From NCBI GenBank assembly GCA_944391405.1, contig CALXTN010000002.1, positions 23,393-87,392 of the forward strand: DNA of 64,000 nt. Direction: 5' to 3'. Shown piece by piece: positions 38,041 to 47,855 of the stretch. The notes beneath the pieces are model-generated. The model saw nothing but the letters and a program-made list of their open reading frames with translations, was not told where the DNA came from and did no database searches. A program made the position numbers and the translations under genes. Position 1 is the first letter of the stretch, and each line of letters begins with the position of its first letter. The stretch is from an uncultured Alphaproteobacteria bacterium (GTDB lineage Bacteria > Pseudomonadota > Alphaproteobacteria > RF32 > CAG-239).

Positions 38041-38433
38041 ATGACAGTTCGTATTAGACTTTCTCGCGGTGGATCAAAGAAGCACCCATACTATCGCGTA
38101 GTAGCTGCCGATCAAAGAGCTCCTCGTGACGGTAGATTTATTGAAAAATTGGGTTCTTACAATCCATTATTGCCGCAAGATCATCAAGACAGATTAGTTC
38201 TTGATATCGAAAAAGTAAAATCTTGGCTTGCAAAAGGTGCGCAACCGACAGAAAGATTGCAAAAATTATTTGCAAATTTAGGAATTTGTGAAGCTCCAAA
38301 AATTCACAATCAGCCAAAGAAATCTGCTCCGAAAGCTAAAGCTTTAGAGAGAATTAAAGAAAAAGAAGAAAAAGCAAAAGCCGCTGCAGAAGCAGCAGCC
38401 GCAGCAGCTGAAGAAGCATCTGCAGAAGCTTAA
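38041..38433 (+). CDS. rpsP: 30S ribosomal protein S16 with Ala/Glu-rich C-terminal extension
   Basis: MTVRIRLSRGGSKKHPYYRVVAAD. Conserved rpsP-rimM-trmD-rplS order. Confidence 0.95.
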   Translation: MTVRIRLSRGGSKKHPYYRVVAADQRAPRDGRFIEKLGSYNPLLPQDHQDRLVLDIEKVKSWLAKGAQPTERLQKLFANLGICEAPKIHNQPKKSAPKAKALERIKEKEEKAKAAAEAAAAAAEEASAEA

Positions 38434-38484
38434 TCTGAATTTCTTTTATAAAAAAAATAAGAATATGTTGCGATAGGTAATCAG

Positions 38485-39021
38485 ATGAGTGAAAAACGCG
38501 TTTGTTTAGGCAAAATAGTTGGCGTACACGGCATAAAAGGCGAGGTTAAAGTCAAAAGCTACACGGTAGTAGATAAAGATATCGCAAGTTATGGTGTGTT
38601 AGAAGATAAGACAGCTATAAAGCATTTTAACTTAGAGGTTACCGGTCATTCAAAAGATTTGCTTCGTGTCAAAATCTTAGGAGTTGAAGACCGAACCACG
38701 GCTGAAACTCTGATAGGAACGGAACTTTATGCTCCAAGAGGTGTCCTTCCGGAAATCAAAACGGAAGAAGAGTATTATGAGACCGATTTAGTCGGATTGA
38801 AAGTGCTTGATGCCGAAAAGAAAGAAGTTGCTAAGGTAACGGGATTTTATAATTTCGGAGCCGGAGATATATTGGAAATAAAGCTAAAAAGTGGTCGTTC
38901 AGAGATGTTGCCTTTTAATAAAGGTTATGTACCGGAAATAAATCTGGATGAAGGCTATATTATTGTTGCGTCAACCGGTATGGTGTTCATAGAAGACGAA
39001 GAGGATTCTAAAGAATGCTAA
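38485..39021 (+). CDS. rimM: 16S rRNA processing protein RimM
   Basis: GKIVGVHGIKGEVKV motif plus a PRC barrel. Synteny supports the call. Confidence 0.9.
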   Translation: MSEKRVCLGKIVGVHGIKGEVKVKSYTVVDKDIASYGVLEDKTAIKHFNLEVTGHSKDLLRVKILGVEDRTTAETLIGTELYAPRGVLPEIKTEEEYYETDLVGLKVLDAEKKEVAKVTGFYNFGAGDILEIKLKSGRSEMLPFNKGYVPEINLDEGYIIVASTGMVFIEDEEDSKEC

Positions 39022-39707
39022 GCGTAAAAGTTCTGACAGTATTTCCTGAAATATTTCCTGGATTTTTGGGATATTCGTTGACAGGAAAAGCACTGGAGGA
39101 AAAAAAATGGCAGATTGAAGCCATAAACATTCGCGACTATGCTGAAGATAAACACAAATCGGTCGATGATACGCCATGTGGCGGAGGAGCCGGCATGATA
39201 ATGCGTGCGGATATATTGGGAAAAGCGATTGAAGCTAATTACCAAGGAGGTCGCATTATATATATGAGCCCACGAGGAAATACTCTGACACAAAAATTAA
39301 GTCATGAACTTTCAAAAGAAGAGAACATAACGATAATATGCGGAAGATTTGAAGGTATAGACGAGCGTATCATTGAAGAATATAATGTAGAAGAAGTAAG
39401 TATCGGCGACTACATTTTAACCGGAGGCGAACAGGCTGCGCAAATAATGTTAGATTCAGTGATAAGATTATTGCCCGGCGTATTAGGAAATGAGGCATCA
39501 ATAGAAGATGAGAGCTTTGAAAGTAATTTATTGGAGTATCCGCAATATACCAGACCAATAGAATGGAAAGGGCGGAAAGTTCCAGAGATATTGCTATCAG
39601 GTCATCATCAAAAGATTGAAGCATGGCGAAGAGAACAAGCTGAAATTGCAACAAAAGCTAAACGGCCTGACCTATTTAAGAAATATCTTGATTCTAAAAA
39701 TAGTTAG
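39015..39707 (+). CDS. trmD: tRNA (guanine37-N1)-methyltransferase
   Basis: [22 protein letters not shown] and [11 protein letters not shown]. Overlaps rimM by 7 nt. Confidence 0.95.
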   Translation: MLSVKVLTVFPEIFPGFLGYSLTGKALEEKKWQIEAINIRDYAEDKHKSVDDTPCGGGAGMIMRADILGKAIEANYQGGRIIYMSPRGNTLTQKLSHELSKEENITIICGRFEGIDERIIEEYNVEEVSIGDYILTGGEQAAQIMLDSVIRLLPGVLGNEASIEDESFESNLLEYPQYTRPIEWKGRKVPEILLSGHHQKIEAWRREQAEIATKAKRPDLFKKYLDSKNS

Positions 39708-39747
39708 GTGTATAAAGTTAAAAAAATTTTATAAAAAGGTAAAACTG

Positions 39748-40131
39748 ATGAATATTTTAGAAAATATTGAACAAGAGCAAGTAGCCAAATTGACTGAAGG
39801 AAAAAACATTCCAGATTTCAAAGCTGGTGATACCCTTAAAGTTCACACCAAAGTAAAAGAAGGCGATCGTGAACGTATCCAAATTTATGAAGGTGTATGC
39901 ATTGCCCGTAAAAATGATGGTTTAAATTCATCATTTACGGTTCGTAAGATTTCATTTGGTGAAGGTGTAGAACGTGTATTCCCGTTATACTCTCCAAACG
40001 TAGCCAAAATTGAAGTTACTCGTGTAGGTAAAGTAAGAAGAGCTAAATTGTACTTCTTGCGCGCATTGCGTGGTCGTTCTGCACGTATTGCAGATGATCT
40101 GTCTGCACAAAACAAAAAGAATGCAGACTAG
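39748..40131 (+). CDS. rplS: 50S ribosomal protein L19
   Basis: [11 protein letters not shown]...[22 protein letters not shown]. Internal ATG chosen over the long ORF-track start. Confidence 0.95.
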   Translation: MNILENIEQEQVAKLTEGKNIPDFKAGDTLKVHTKVKEGDRERIQIYEGVCIARKNDGLNSSFTVRKISFGEGVERVFPLYSPNVAKIEVTRVGKVRRAKLYFLRALRGRSARIADDLSAQNKKNAD

Positions 40132-40150
40132 GGCATAGCTCATAGGAAAA

Positions 40151-40186
40151 ATAAGACCTCGCTGTAATCAAGCGGGGTCTTATTTT
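40151..40186 (+). terminator. rplS operon terminator
   Basis: 13-bp stem ATAAGACCTCGCT / AGCGGGGTCTTAT (one G-U pair), then TTTT. Confidence 0.85.
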
Positions 40187-40238
40187 ACTATAATAGAAAA
40201 AAGTATTTTATTATATGAATAGTAACCAAAAGAAACAA

Positions 40239-40778
40239 TTACTTAGTTAACTGATTAATAATTTCTTTAGCTTGCTCTGGAGTATAGTTCCAATATTCAG
40301 ATTGAATAATTTTATGACGCAAATTTTCATCAAACCTAAATTTTAAGATTCTTGCGGGGATACCTCCAACCACAGCAAAATCAGGAACATCTTTGTTAAC
40401 AAAAGAATTAGAACCAATAACAGCACCATTTCCAATTGTGACACCTCTTCTAATAACAGTATCAACGCCAATCCAAACATCATTTTTTATTATACAATCT
40501 TTTTCAGTTAATTGATGATAAGAGCCATGATCAGTTAAGTAGGATGATGTAGAAATATCAGAAAGATCATGCTCACCTTGCCCAATTCGGACGTGAGGAG
40601 CAATACTACAATACCTTCCTATCGTTGCCCTAGTAATATCAACGTCTTTCCCAATAAAAGTATAATCACCAATTTGACAATGTTTATCAATACACGCACT
40701 AGGAGAAATATAAGTATGAGAACCGCATTCAAATTTATATTTTTTGAATTTATGTAAAAATTTTTTTAGAAAGTTCAT
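40239..40778 (-). CDS. Hexapeptide-repeat acetyltransferase, XAT (Vat/CatB-like) class
   Basis: 179 aa. Left-handed beta-helix repeats (IGRYCSIAPHVRIG, NDVWIGVDTVIRRGVTIGNGAVIGSNSFV) and the tail GGIPARILKFRF...YWNY. Confidence 0.75.
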   Translation of the reverse strand: MNFLKKFLHKFKKYKFECGSHTYISPSACIDKHCQIGDYTFIGKDVDITRATIGRYCSIAPHVRIGQGEHDLSDISTSSYLTDHGSYHQLTEKDCIIKNDVWIGVDTVIRRGVTIGNGAVIGSNSFVNKDVPDFAVVGGIPARILKFRFDENLRHKIIQSEYWNYTPEQAKEIINQLTK

Positions 40779-40802
40779 TTAACAATCCTCCAATATAGAA
40801 AA

Positions 40803-41219
40803 TCATTTATTTAAGATGTTACGAATAGCTGTTGTCGAGCGAATAGGAAGCGTATCCTTAGGTATTCGGCGACTAACAATATAACGAATACCAAGCGCTT
40901 CAACTGCGTTTCTTTTTTCTACGCTATCACCATCAGAATTTACGAAAAATATATCAGGACGGATAGTTTTTAATTCTTGTAAAAAATCAAGTTTTCCATG
41001 TCCTTGAGCAATAAACGCCTGATGGACGTATTTGAGAGCAGAAACCATATAAAGGCGTTCTAGCTCGTTATAAAGTGTCGGACGGTGTTTTAACTCAAAA
41101 ACAGTATTATCCGAGCCGATAGATACATACAAATCACCATATTGAGCAGCCTCTTCAAAGAAACGTACATGCCCGCTATGTAAAACGTCAAAGCAACCGG
41201 AAACAAAAACTTTAGCCAT
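40803..41219 (-). CDS. Small cytidylyl/adenylyl-transferase (TagD/RfaE-II-like, HxGH family)
   Basis: 138 aa. GCFDVLHSGHVRFFEEA nucleotidyltransferase motif. Confidence 0.75.
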   Translation of the reverse strand: MAKVFVSGCFDVLHSGHVRFFEEAAQYGDLYVSIGSDNTVFELKHRPTLYNELERLYMVSALKYVHQAFIAQGHGKLDFLQELKTIRPDIFFVNSDGDSVEKRNAVEALGIRYIVSRRIPKDTLPIRSTTAIRNILNK

Positions 41220-42054
41220 TATTCAGCTTTCTTAGTCGAGATTTAATACAAAAACCGAGTAGATAATATTTTATTAAAAACTTGTCACGAACGATTTTAA
41301 AAATTCCGCCCATGTATTTAATTTTAAGTTTATTAGCAGGGAATAACTCAATAAAAATAAAACAATTTTTTGTTTTTTTATGAACAGACGACTGAGAAGG
41401 TAACAAATGCAAAGCAACAAGCTGTTGAAGAAGGTGTTGAGCAAGCATAAGTTGGTATTTTTTATTGAGAAAATGTTGTGTGTCACGATATTTAAAATGA
41501 TGATTTAGCACAAAGGAATATAAATCAATCAACGGATATCCAAATTTCTCCGCCACAATATTTTGTATTGCATTTCGAGATATAATTTCTTGGTTTATTT
41601 TTTCATCAAGCTTGTTTAACTTATCAGCTCTAACTGTAGGTGTAGAAGTTAGCAAAACAATATGAGGAGAGATATTTTTAAGATAGTTTAAAAAAAGTTC
41701 TAAAGCAGTTTCAAATCTATTTTTATCTGAAAGATTAGCAGAAGTATGCAAATAATAGCCATGTTTTCCTCCAATATTAAGCAAAATAAAATCGTAAGAA
41801 AAAGGGCTATTTTTTTTGAACATTTCGCACAAGTTATATAAAGCCTCATCCTCAAGAGAGCAAGAAGCCCCGATAAAATCAACGGCATAATTAGGTAATA
41901 ATTTATTTAAGCTGCTTCTAAACTCTCGAGCACAACTACCACCTATTAAAAGGATTCTCCGTACTTGAACGCTCGTAGCATTTTCGATCCAAGTATTAGT
42001 CCATTCAACATATTCACGTTCACAACTATTTTGCAAAAGTAACTTTTCAATCAT
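41212..42054 (-). CDS. Hypothetical protein, possibly an SGNH-like esterase/acyl-modifying enzyme
   Basis: 280 aa. ILLIGGSCAREF resembles a degenerate GDS block and DTQH resembles the DxxH block. Overlaps both neighbours (8 and 4 nt). Confidence 0.35.
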   Translation of the reverse strand: MIEKLLLQNSCEREYVEWTNTWIENATSVQVRRILLIGGSCAREFRSSLNKLLPNYAVDFIGASCSLEDEALYNLCEMFKKNSPFSYDFILLNIGGKHGYYLHTSANLSDKNRFETALELFLNYLKNISPHIVLLTSTPTVRADKLNKLDEKINQEIISRNAIQNIVAEKFGYPLIDLYSFVLNHHFKYRDTQHFLNKKYQLMLAQHLLQQLVALHLLPSQSSVHKKTKNCFIFIELFPANKLKIKYMGGIFKIVRDKFLIKYYLLGFCIKSRLRKLNNG

Positions 42055-42959
42055 AACTTAATCCAATCATCAGAAACAACGTCATCAGAACATTCATCGG
42101 CATTAGGTTTGAACCACTGAGAAGGGGCTATAACAATTTTGTGATCGTAAGTATTAAGCCAAGCCCCCCACCATGAAAAAGAGCTATTTGCAATAATATT
42201 ATGCTTACAATTGCGCATTAATTCTAAATCAAAATAGCCATGTTTTTCATCATTAATATCCACAAAAGTCATAGGAAAAGATGTTTTAATATTTTCCTTA
42301 ACCCATTCTAAATCATTAGAAAAAATAAAGAAATGCGGATTGTCAACATGATTGGCAATATAATCAATTGCTCTATAATAGTAGTCAACATCTAATAAAA
42401 CCAAAGGGACTTTAGGATTAAGATAATCACCTCGTCTAACATGAAGAGCAACAGAATTAGAGTGTCTAATTTTATCAAGTATTTCTAAATTTTGCTGATC
42501 GAGCGGTTGCATGAGTTTAAAATCATGTAAAATTTTCTCTCTAAAGGGTTTAAAATATTTTTCTGTTTGAAAGAAACCATCATAATAAACATCACGATTA
42601 TCAACAAATATATCAGGTTGATATTTATTAATACGTTTTTCTCTAGCAGCATTTGTTTTCAAATAAATAAAACGTGACATATTAAATTTTTTTCGCAAAG
42701 AACGAGGAAGCGGATTTTTAAATTTGAGTTCATTCATACATTTTTTAGTTTGTTCTAGAGTTGCGAAATTTCTATCGATATTGTATAAATTTAAGTCAAA
42801 AGCCCGATAATGATTAATATCAAAACTTGAAATATCCCATAAAACATTAGGAATAGTGATCCCAAATGCATATTGAAACATTTGGTTGCCTAAGCCCCCT
42901 GCAAGTTTAACAATTTTTAAGTGTTTTGCACCTGATTGATTTTCTGTAGACATAATCAA
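42051..42959 (-). CDS. Alpha-1,2-fucosyltransferase, GT11 family
   Basis: 302 aa. GGLGNQMFQYAFG and HVRRGDY motifs typical of FutC/WbsJ-type enzymes. Confidence 0.8.
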   Translation of the reverse strand: MIMSTENQSGAKHLKIVKLAGGLGNQMFQYAFGITIPNVLWDISSFDINHYRAFDLNLYNIDRNFATLEQTKKCMNELKFKNPLPRSLRKKFNMSRFIYLKTNAAREKRINKYQPDIFVDNRDVYYDGFFQTEKYFKPFREKILHDFKLMQPLDQQNLEILDKIRHSNSVALHVRRGDYLNPKVPLVLLDVDYYYRAIDYIANHVDNPHFFIFSNDLEWVKENIKTSFPMTFVDINDEKHGYFDLELMRNCKHNIIANSSFSWWGAWLNTYDHKIVIAPSQWFKPNADECSDDVVSDDWIKL

Positions 42960-43064
42960 ACATCCTCATAAAAATAAAACCACAAGAAGATTATAGAAAC
43001 AATGAGGACAATATCAAGGGAAATATTATATAAAATAGTATATATGGGAAAAGTTCTGGATAAT

Positions 43065-43088
43065 AAAAAAAACCGCTCAAAAGAGCGG
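43065..43088 (-). terminator. tRNA-Pro terminator
   Basis: CCGCTC TTTT GAGCGG hairpin followed by T8 on the minus strand. Confidence 0.75.
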
Positions 43089-43096
43089 CAAACCTA

Positions 43097-43173
43097 TGGT
43101 CGGAACGGGTGGATTCGAACCACTGACCTCTGCGACCCGAACGCAGCGTTCTACCAGGCTGAACTACGTTCCG
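43097..43173 (-). tRNA. tRNA-Pro (anticodon CGG), CCA encoded
   Basis: Hand-folded cloverleaf. Acceptor CGGAACG/CGTTCCG, D stem GTTC/GAAC, anticodon stem CTGCG/CGCAG with loop TTCGGGT, T loop TTCGAAT. 77 nt. Confidence 0.9.
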
Positions 43174-43306
43174 ATGTTCAACGACAATATATCTACACAA
43201 AAAAAAATAAGATTACAAGCTTTTTTTAATATGTTTACAAAAAAAATTGACGGTATAGATAAATTAATATACGAATAAAAAATCAACTAATGTATAAGAG
43301 GAAATA

Positions 43307-44146
43307 ATGTTATATTTAGGATGTCATTTATCATCAGCAGGTGGCTTTACCTCCATGGGGAAGACTGCAGTTAAATTAAATGCCAATACGTTTCAATTCT
43401 TTTTGCGCAATCCGCGTGGAGGAGCTGCCAAAGAGATAAAAGCGGAAGATATAGCCGAATATAAAAAAATCGCATCAGAGCATAAATTTGGGAAAATTTT
43501 AGCCCATGCGCCATATACGTTAAATCCTTGTTCCAAAGAAGCATCAATCAGAGAATTTGCACAAAATGTATTTGCCGACGATTTAAGAAGAATGGAGAAT
43601 ATTCCTGGAAATTTATATAATTTTCACCCAGGCTCACACGTTGGGCAGGGCATAGAGACAGCAGTACCGCAAATTGTAGAAATATTAGATGCAGTTATGC
43701 CGGAAGCAAAAAATACGACAGTATTACTAGAAACAATGTCTGGTAAGGGGAGTGAAGTCGGTTCTCGTTTTGAAGAACTGGCAGAGATTATTGCTAAAGC
43801 GAAAAACAATGCGCCAGAAAAGTTAGGTGTATGTTTAGATACATGTCATGTTTATTCCGCCGGCTATGATATAGTTAACCGTTTAGATGAAGTGTTGGAA
43901 GAATTTGATAAGATAATAGGATTAGACCGCTTGCAGGCAATCCACTTGAATGACAGCATGACCGAGTTTAATTCTCATAAAGACCGTCATGAGTGCTTAG
44001 GTAAAGGAAGTTTGGGAAAAGATGCTTTAATTAAGTTTATTAATCACCCAGTATTAAGAGGAATTCCAATTAACTTAGAGACACCGAATGAATTAGATGG
44101 CTATGCGGAAGAAATAGCATTGCTACGCCAGAATTATCACGAATAA
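43307..44146 (+). CDS. nfo: Endonuclease IV (AP endonuclease, TIM barrel)
   Basis: 279 aa. HAPYTLN, NFHPGSH, ETMSGKGSE, CLDTCH and HLNDS metal-site motifs. Confidence 0.9.
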   Translation: MLYLGCHLSSAGGFTSMGKTAVKLNANTFQFFLRNPRGGAAKEIKAEDIAEYKKIASEHKFGKILAHAPYTLNPCSKEASIREFAQNVFADDLRRMENIPGNLYNFHPGSHVGQGIETAVPQIVEILDAVMPEAKNTTVLLETMSGKGSEVGSRFEELAEIIAKAKNNAPEKLGVCLDTCHVYSAGYDIVNRLDEVLEEFDKIIGLDRLQAIHLNDSMTEFNSHKDRHECLGKGSLGKDALIKFINHPVLRGIPINLETPNELDGYAEEIALLRQNYHE

Positions 44147-45010
44147 TTAAAATAAAATTTCAGAAATAATTCCACATCCAACTCCTAATCCGTATAAAAG
44201 AATAAGAATACGTAAATTTTCAATTTTGTTTGGATTAACGCGATAAAGGACGAAGTAACCTAAACCGGCATTGCTGAGAGTTCCAGCAAGCATAGTACCG
44301 AGAGAGATAGCATTATCCAAATAAAGTTGCGATAACAAAACAGATGGATAACAACTTGGAATCAATCCCACAGCAGCAGCAATAAATTTACTAAAAATTG
44401 GAAAGCCAACCAACATGCTATGAATAGTATCCCGTCCACCCATAACAAAAACGGTATTGATGATAAGAGAGAAGAAAAAGATGAATAAACTGATTTTTTC
44501 AGTATGCCTAAATGCAGAATACCAGATATTGTCTTTATCATCGCATTGGCATTTTTCACGTTTACAGAAAGCTTCAATTTCCGGTTCACGTTTATGACGA
44601 ATAAATTTTTGAGGCAAAAACATATCAATCAAAAAGCCACAAATAATAGCAAAAAAAACTTTAATGCATAATATTTGAGAAATGACTTGCATACTAACTC
44701 CACCGGAAATCAAAATCGGCAACATTTCATCAGATGTCGAAAGAAATATAGCAATAAGTGCGCCTAAAGTAATAATGCCGGTTGTATAAAGATTTGCTGC
44801 TGCAACAGAAAAACCACATTGCGGAATAAGCCCTAGAGCACCTCCGATAACAGGTCCATACTTTCCTGATTTTTTGATGTAAGCAAGAGTTCTTTTGGAC
44901 ATTTTATGTTCAAGGAATTCCAATGCTAAATAAGTCAAAAACAGATAGGGGAACAAAGCTAATGTTTCATACAATGAATCCATCAATATATCCATACCGA
45001 CCTTTAGCAT
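44147..45010 (-). CDS. Polytopic membrane protein of the 'putative 10-TM metal transporter' (ArsP_2-like) type
   Basis: 287 aa from the ATG after an AGAGG SD. IPQCGFS and IPSCYPS half-repeat motifs. Its stop codon abuts the nfo stop codon. Confidence 0.5.
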   Translation of the reverse strand: MLKVGMDILMDSLYETLALFPYLFLTYLALEFLEHKMSKRTLAYIKKSGKYGPVIGGALGLIPQCGFSVAAANLYTTGIITLGALIAIFLSTSDEMLPILISGGVSMQVISQILCIKVFFAIICGFLIDMFLPQKFIRHKREPEIEAFCKREKCQCDDKDNIWYSAFRHTEKISLFIFFFSLIINTVFVMGGRDTIHSMLVGFPIFSKFIAAAVGLIPSCYPSVLLSQLYLDNAISLGTMLAGTLSNAGLGYFVLYRVNPNKIENLRILILLYGLGVGCGIISEILF

Positions 45011-45152
45011 AGCAACCTCTTGAAAAATAAAACAGACTAAAACATACCTATCAAAAGTAAGATATTTTTGCAACTAAAAAAATACAATACGGAGATAAAT
45101 AAAAAAAGAGCCTATCCTTATGATGAAGAATAAGCTCAAGCATAGATGAAAG

Positions 45153-45740
45153 CTAAAAAGGAACATTGCCATTTCCGGTAGTTCGCATATAGGTCCTAAT
45201 CACATCAACAGCATCATCATCTGCGTCATTTTGCAAAGGCAAAGGTTCTTTTTTCTTTTTTTCAGAAGAGGAAGATAGAACAGATTGTTTGAGGCTTTTA
45301 GAAAAATCATCAACACTCACAAAAGTAGAATCATTTTTTGTAGTTAAAATGAGGAGAGCTGCTTCTGGTGTATAGGGTAATCTATCAAGAAGATCTATAC
45401 CTTTTCGGCAGAAAATAGCCACATTTCCACTTTTTAGCAAACAATAAAAAAGAGAATAGGAATATCCGCTATCACCTGTAGCCGAGGTCTCAAAGTAAGA
45501 TTTCACAGAATCCTGAGGAGCCCATTCATACAGACGCACAGGTTCATGATTTTCTTTGATAGCAAAGATATAATACCCCGGATTTTCAATCTCTCGATGC
45601 TTTTTTAGTTTAGTGTCTAGGTAAACAAAGCCAAAATTAATGAGAAACACTGGGATAATTATACGAGAGATACCCATGAGCGATTTTAGAAAATCTTTCA
45701 TTTTATCTTTATGCATAATTATAAAATTTAAGTGAAACAA
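45153..45740 (-). CDS. Hypothetical membrane-anchored protein
   Basis: 195-aa ORF. One N-terminal TM (ISRIIIPVFLINFGFVYL), a Ser/Lys-rich linker and an acidic tail. No recognised domain. Confidence 0.4.
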   Translation of the reverse strand: MFHLNFIIMHKDKMKDFLKSLMGISRIIIPVFLINFGFVYLDTKLKKHREIENPGYYIFAIKENHEPVRLYEWAPQDSVKSYFETSATGDSGYSYSLFYCLLKSGNVAIFCRKGIDLLDRLPYTPEAALLILTTKNDSTFVSVDDFSKSLKQSVLSSSSEKKKKEPLPLQNDADDDAVDVIRTYMRTTGNGNVPF

Positions 45741-46061
45741 TAATATTAAACTATTAAAAGTATAGATAAGAAAAAAATTTGTGTCAATTTAAAAAAAACA
45801 GAAAAGACCGTTGGATTTTTTCAAACAGTATTTTGCAATACATATCGTATTTTCCCAAACATGATACCCAAAGTGATGTATAGGCTGTATACTGCTAATA
45901 AGATGGACGCAGGCAATGGCTAAAATAGTGATAATAAAAAACAGCGAAAATGCTAAGATAATTTTTCCAACATGTTTCAATTCATTTTTGTTTATAATAG
46001 TAAAATTTAGTTCTAGAATAATGTTTAATCAACGGATGTATTTTCGTAATAAATATTTTGT

Positions 46062-46091
46062 CAATAAAAAGGACGGTCACAACGAACCGTC
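46062..46091 (-). terminator. Orphan minus-strand intrinsic terminator
   Basis: GACGGT/ACCGTC stem with an 8-nt loop, then TTTTTATTG on the minus strand. No annotated ORF ends here. Confidence 0.45.
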
Positions 46092-46254
46092 TAAATAAAG
46101 AAGATAAAACTAGTCTGCGCTGCTATAAACAAGTTTTCCTTTCACCATGGCTTCTAAGAGAATTTTAGTCTCCTTAAAGGTAAAAGTTTTGTAATGGTAC
46201 GTTAATTGAAGTAAGCTTTGATAGTGTGTTATAAAAAAAAAACTTGCAGTTTAT

Positions 46255-46290
46255 AAATAAAAAAATAAGCCCCCGCTTGCGCAAGGGCTT
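46255..46290 (-). terminator. tig terminator
   Basis: AAGCC...GGCTT stem with an inner CTT/AAG tier, followed by TTATTTTTTT on the minus strand. Confidence 0.7.
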
Positions 46291-46318
46291 AATTCTTCCT
46301 AGAGTGAAAGAATAACAA

Positions 46319-47647
46319 TTAAGCGGCTTTTTCGTCAAAGTTATAGAGTTCTTCAACAGAAACTTTCTTTTCTTTTGTTTCAACTTTAGAAAGAACATAA
46401 TCAATAACTTTTTCTTCATAAACAGAAGTGCGTAAGCGTTCAATAGCTTCTTTATTCTTTAAATAGAAATCAAAGATAGCTTTTGCTTGCATCGGGTAAC
46501 GTTGAGCTTCACCCATAATCGCCTTGTTGATATCTTCTTGAGTAACTTCAACTTTAGCCTCATTACCAACTTCAGCCAATAACAATCCCAACTTAACTCT
46601 ACGAACAGCAATGTCTTTGTATTCTTTGAGTAAATCTTCTTCTTTTTTAGCTTTTTCTTCTTCGTCAAGTTGATTGTTCTTCTTAGCATTTTCATATTGT
46701 TTGACTATAGACTCATATTCCATGTCAACCAATTTAGCCGGAACATCAAACTTATAAGCTTTATCCAAAGCATCCAACAAAGCACGTTTCAACTTCATTT
46801 TAGAAGCAGCCTCATAGTCTTGAGCAATTTTAGATCTAACTGTTTCCTTCAGCTTATCCAAACTCTCTTCGCCCATAGATTTGGCAAATTCATCATTAAT
46901 TTCAGCTTTTTTAATCTCTCTGATTTCTTTAATAGTTGTAACAAAGAGAGCTTCTTTACCAGCCAAATCTTTTGCATGATAGTTTTCAGGGAATGTAGCT
47001 TTAACATCAACAACATCACCAACTTTTTTACCGATAAGTTGATCTTCATAACCTGGAATAAAAGAGTTAGAACCAAGTTCAAGAGGATAAGCCTCTCCTT
47101 TACCTCCAGGGAACTCAACGCCATCGATAGAGCCGACGAAATCGATAACGGCGATATCACCTTTAGCTGTTGCACGATCTTCTTCAATTTTAATCGTATC
47201 ACGACGGCTTTCAGCCATGTAATTCAAAGCCTTTTCAACTTCTTCAGCAGGAACTTCTGCCATAACTTTTTCGAGTTTGATAGAAGAAAAATCCTTCAAT
47301 TCGATTTTAGGCATAATTTCCATAGAAACTTTAAATTCAATATCTTTTCCTTCTTCAAATTTATTCAATTCCACATCAGGAGTGAAAACAGGGCGTAATT
47401 CTTTTTCTTTTAAAAGTTCATTAACGCCATCACGCACCATGTCATCCAAAGCCTCACTCATAGCATTAGCCTGATATTTTTTTTGTACCATAGCAAAAGG
47501 AACTTTACCAGCACGGAAACCTGCCATGCTAACATTTTTAGCAATTGAGTGTAACTTTTTTTCAACTTCTGCATTAAAATCCACAGCGCTGATTGTAACA
47601 TCATATTCACGGCACAAGCCATCTGCTTTTAATTCTTTAAACTTCAT
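46319..47647 (-). CDS. tig: Trigger factor
   Basis: 442 aa from MKFKELKADGL. GFRAGKVP ribosome-binding motif and an FKBP domain (VIDFVGSIDGVEFPGG). Confidence 0.9.
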   Translation of the reverse strand: MKFKELKADGLCREYDVTISAVDFNAEVEKKLHSIAKNVSMAGFRAGKVPFAMVQKKYQANAMSEALDDMVRDGVNELLKEKELRPVFTPDVELNKFEEGKDIEFKVSMEIMPKIELKDFSSIKLEKVMAEVPAEEVEKALNYMAESRRDTIKIEEDRATAKGDIAVIDFVGSIDGVEFPGGKGEAYPLELGSNSFIPGYEDQLIGKKVGDVVDVKATFPENYHAKDLAGKEALFVTTIKEIREIKKAEINDEFAKSMGEESLDKLKETVRSKIAQDYEAASKMKLKRALLDALDKAYKFDVPAKLVDMEYESIVKQYENAKKNNQLDEEEKAKKEEDLLKEYKDIAVRRVKLGLLLAEVGNEAKVEVTQEDINKAIMGEAQRYPMQAKAIFDFYLKNKEAIERLRTSVYEEKVIDYVLSKVETKEKKVSVEELYNFDEKAA

Positions 47648-47690
47648 TTTATTAAATCTCTTCCAAAAAGACCATTTCAAAAAAACGAAA

Positions 47691-47774
47691 TGGTGCGGGC
47701 GGAGAGACTCGAACTCTCACAGCAAAGCCACTAGATCCTAAGTCTAGCGTGTCTACCAATTTCACCACGCCCGC
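47691..47774 (-). tRNA. tRNA-Leu (anticodon TAG), CCA encoded
   Basis: Hand-folded. Acceptor GCGGGCG/CGCCCGC, anticodon stem CTAGA/TCTAG with loop CTTAGGA, long variable arm, T arm GAGAG TTCGAGT CTCTC. 84 nt. Confidence 0.9.
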
Positions 47775-47855
47775 GGATTACAACTACAAATTTGCCACGA
47801 GTATATACAACATTTTTATATAATCAAGCAAAAAAACGATATATGCAATATTTAT

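Noticed and set aside
40132-43173. The glycan cluster as a tRNA-Pro-integrated genomic island.
   Set aside because: There is no integrase. I could find no direct repeat of the tRNA 3' end near the far boundary (40132-40240). The tRNA has its own terminator before the cluster. Low GC is typical of surface-glycan genes without implying a mobile element.
45011-45152. A manganese (yybP-ykoY) or other riboswitch upstream of the ArsP_2-like transporter gene.
   Set aside because: Reading the minus-strand leader, I found none of the conserved yybP-ykoY elements and no convincing multi-helix structure. There is only AT-rich sequence with an AGAGG SD.
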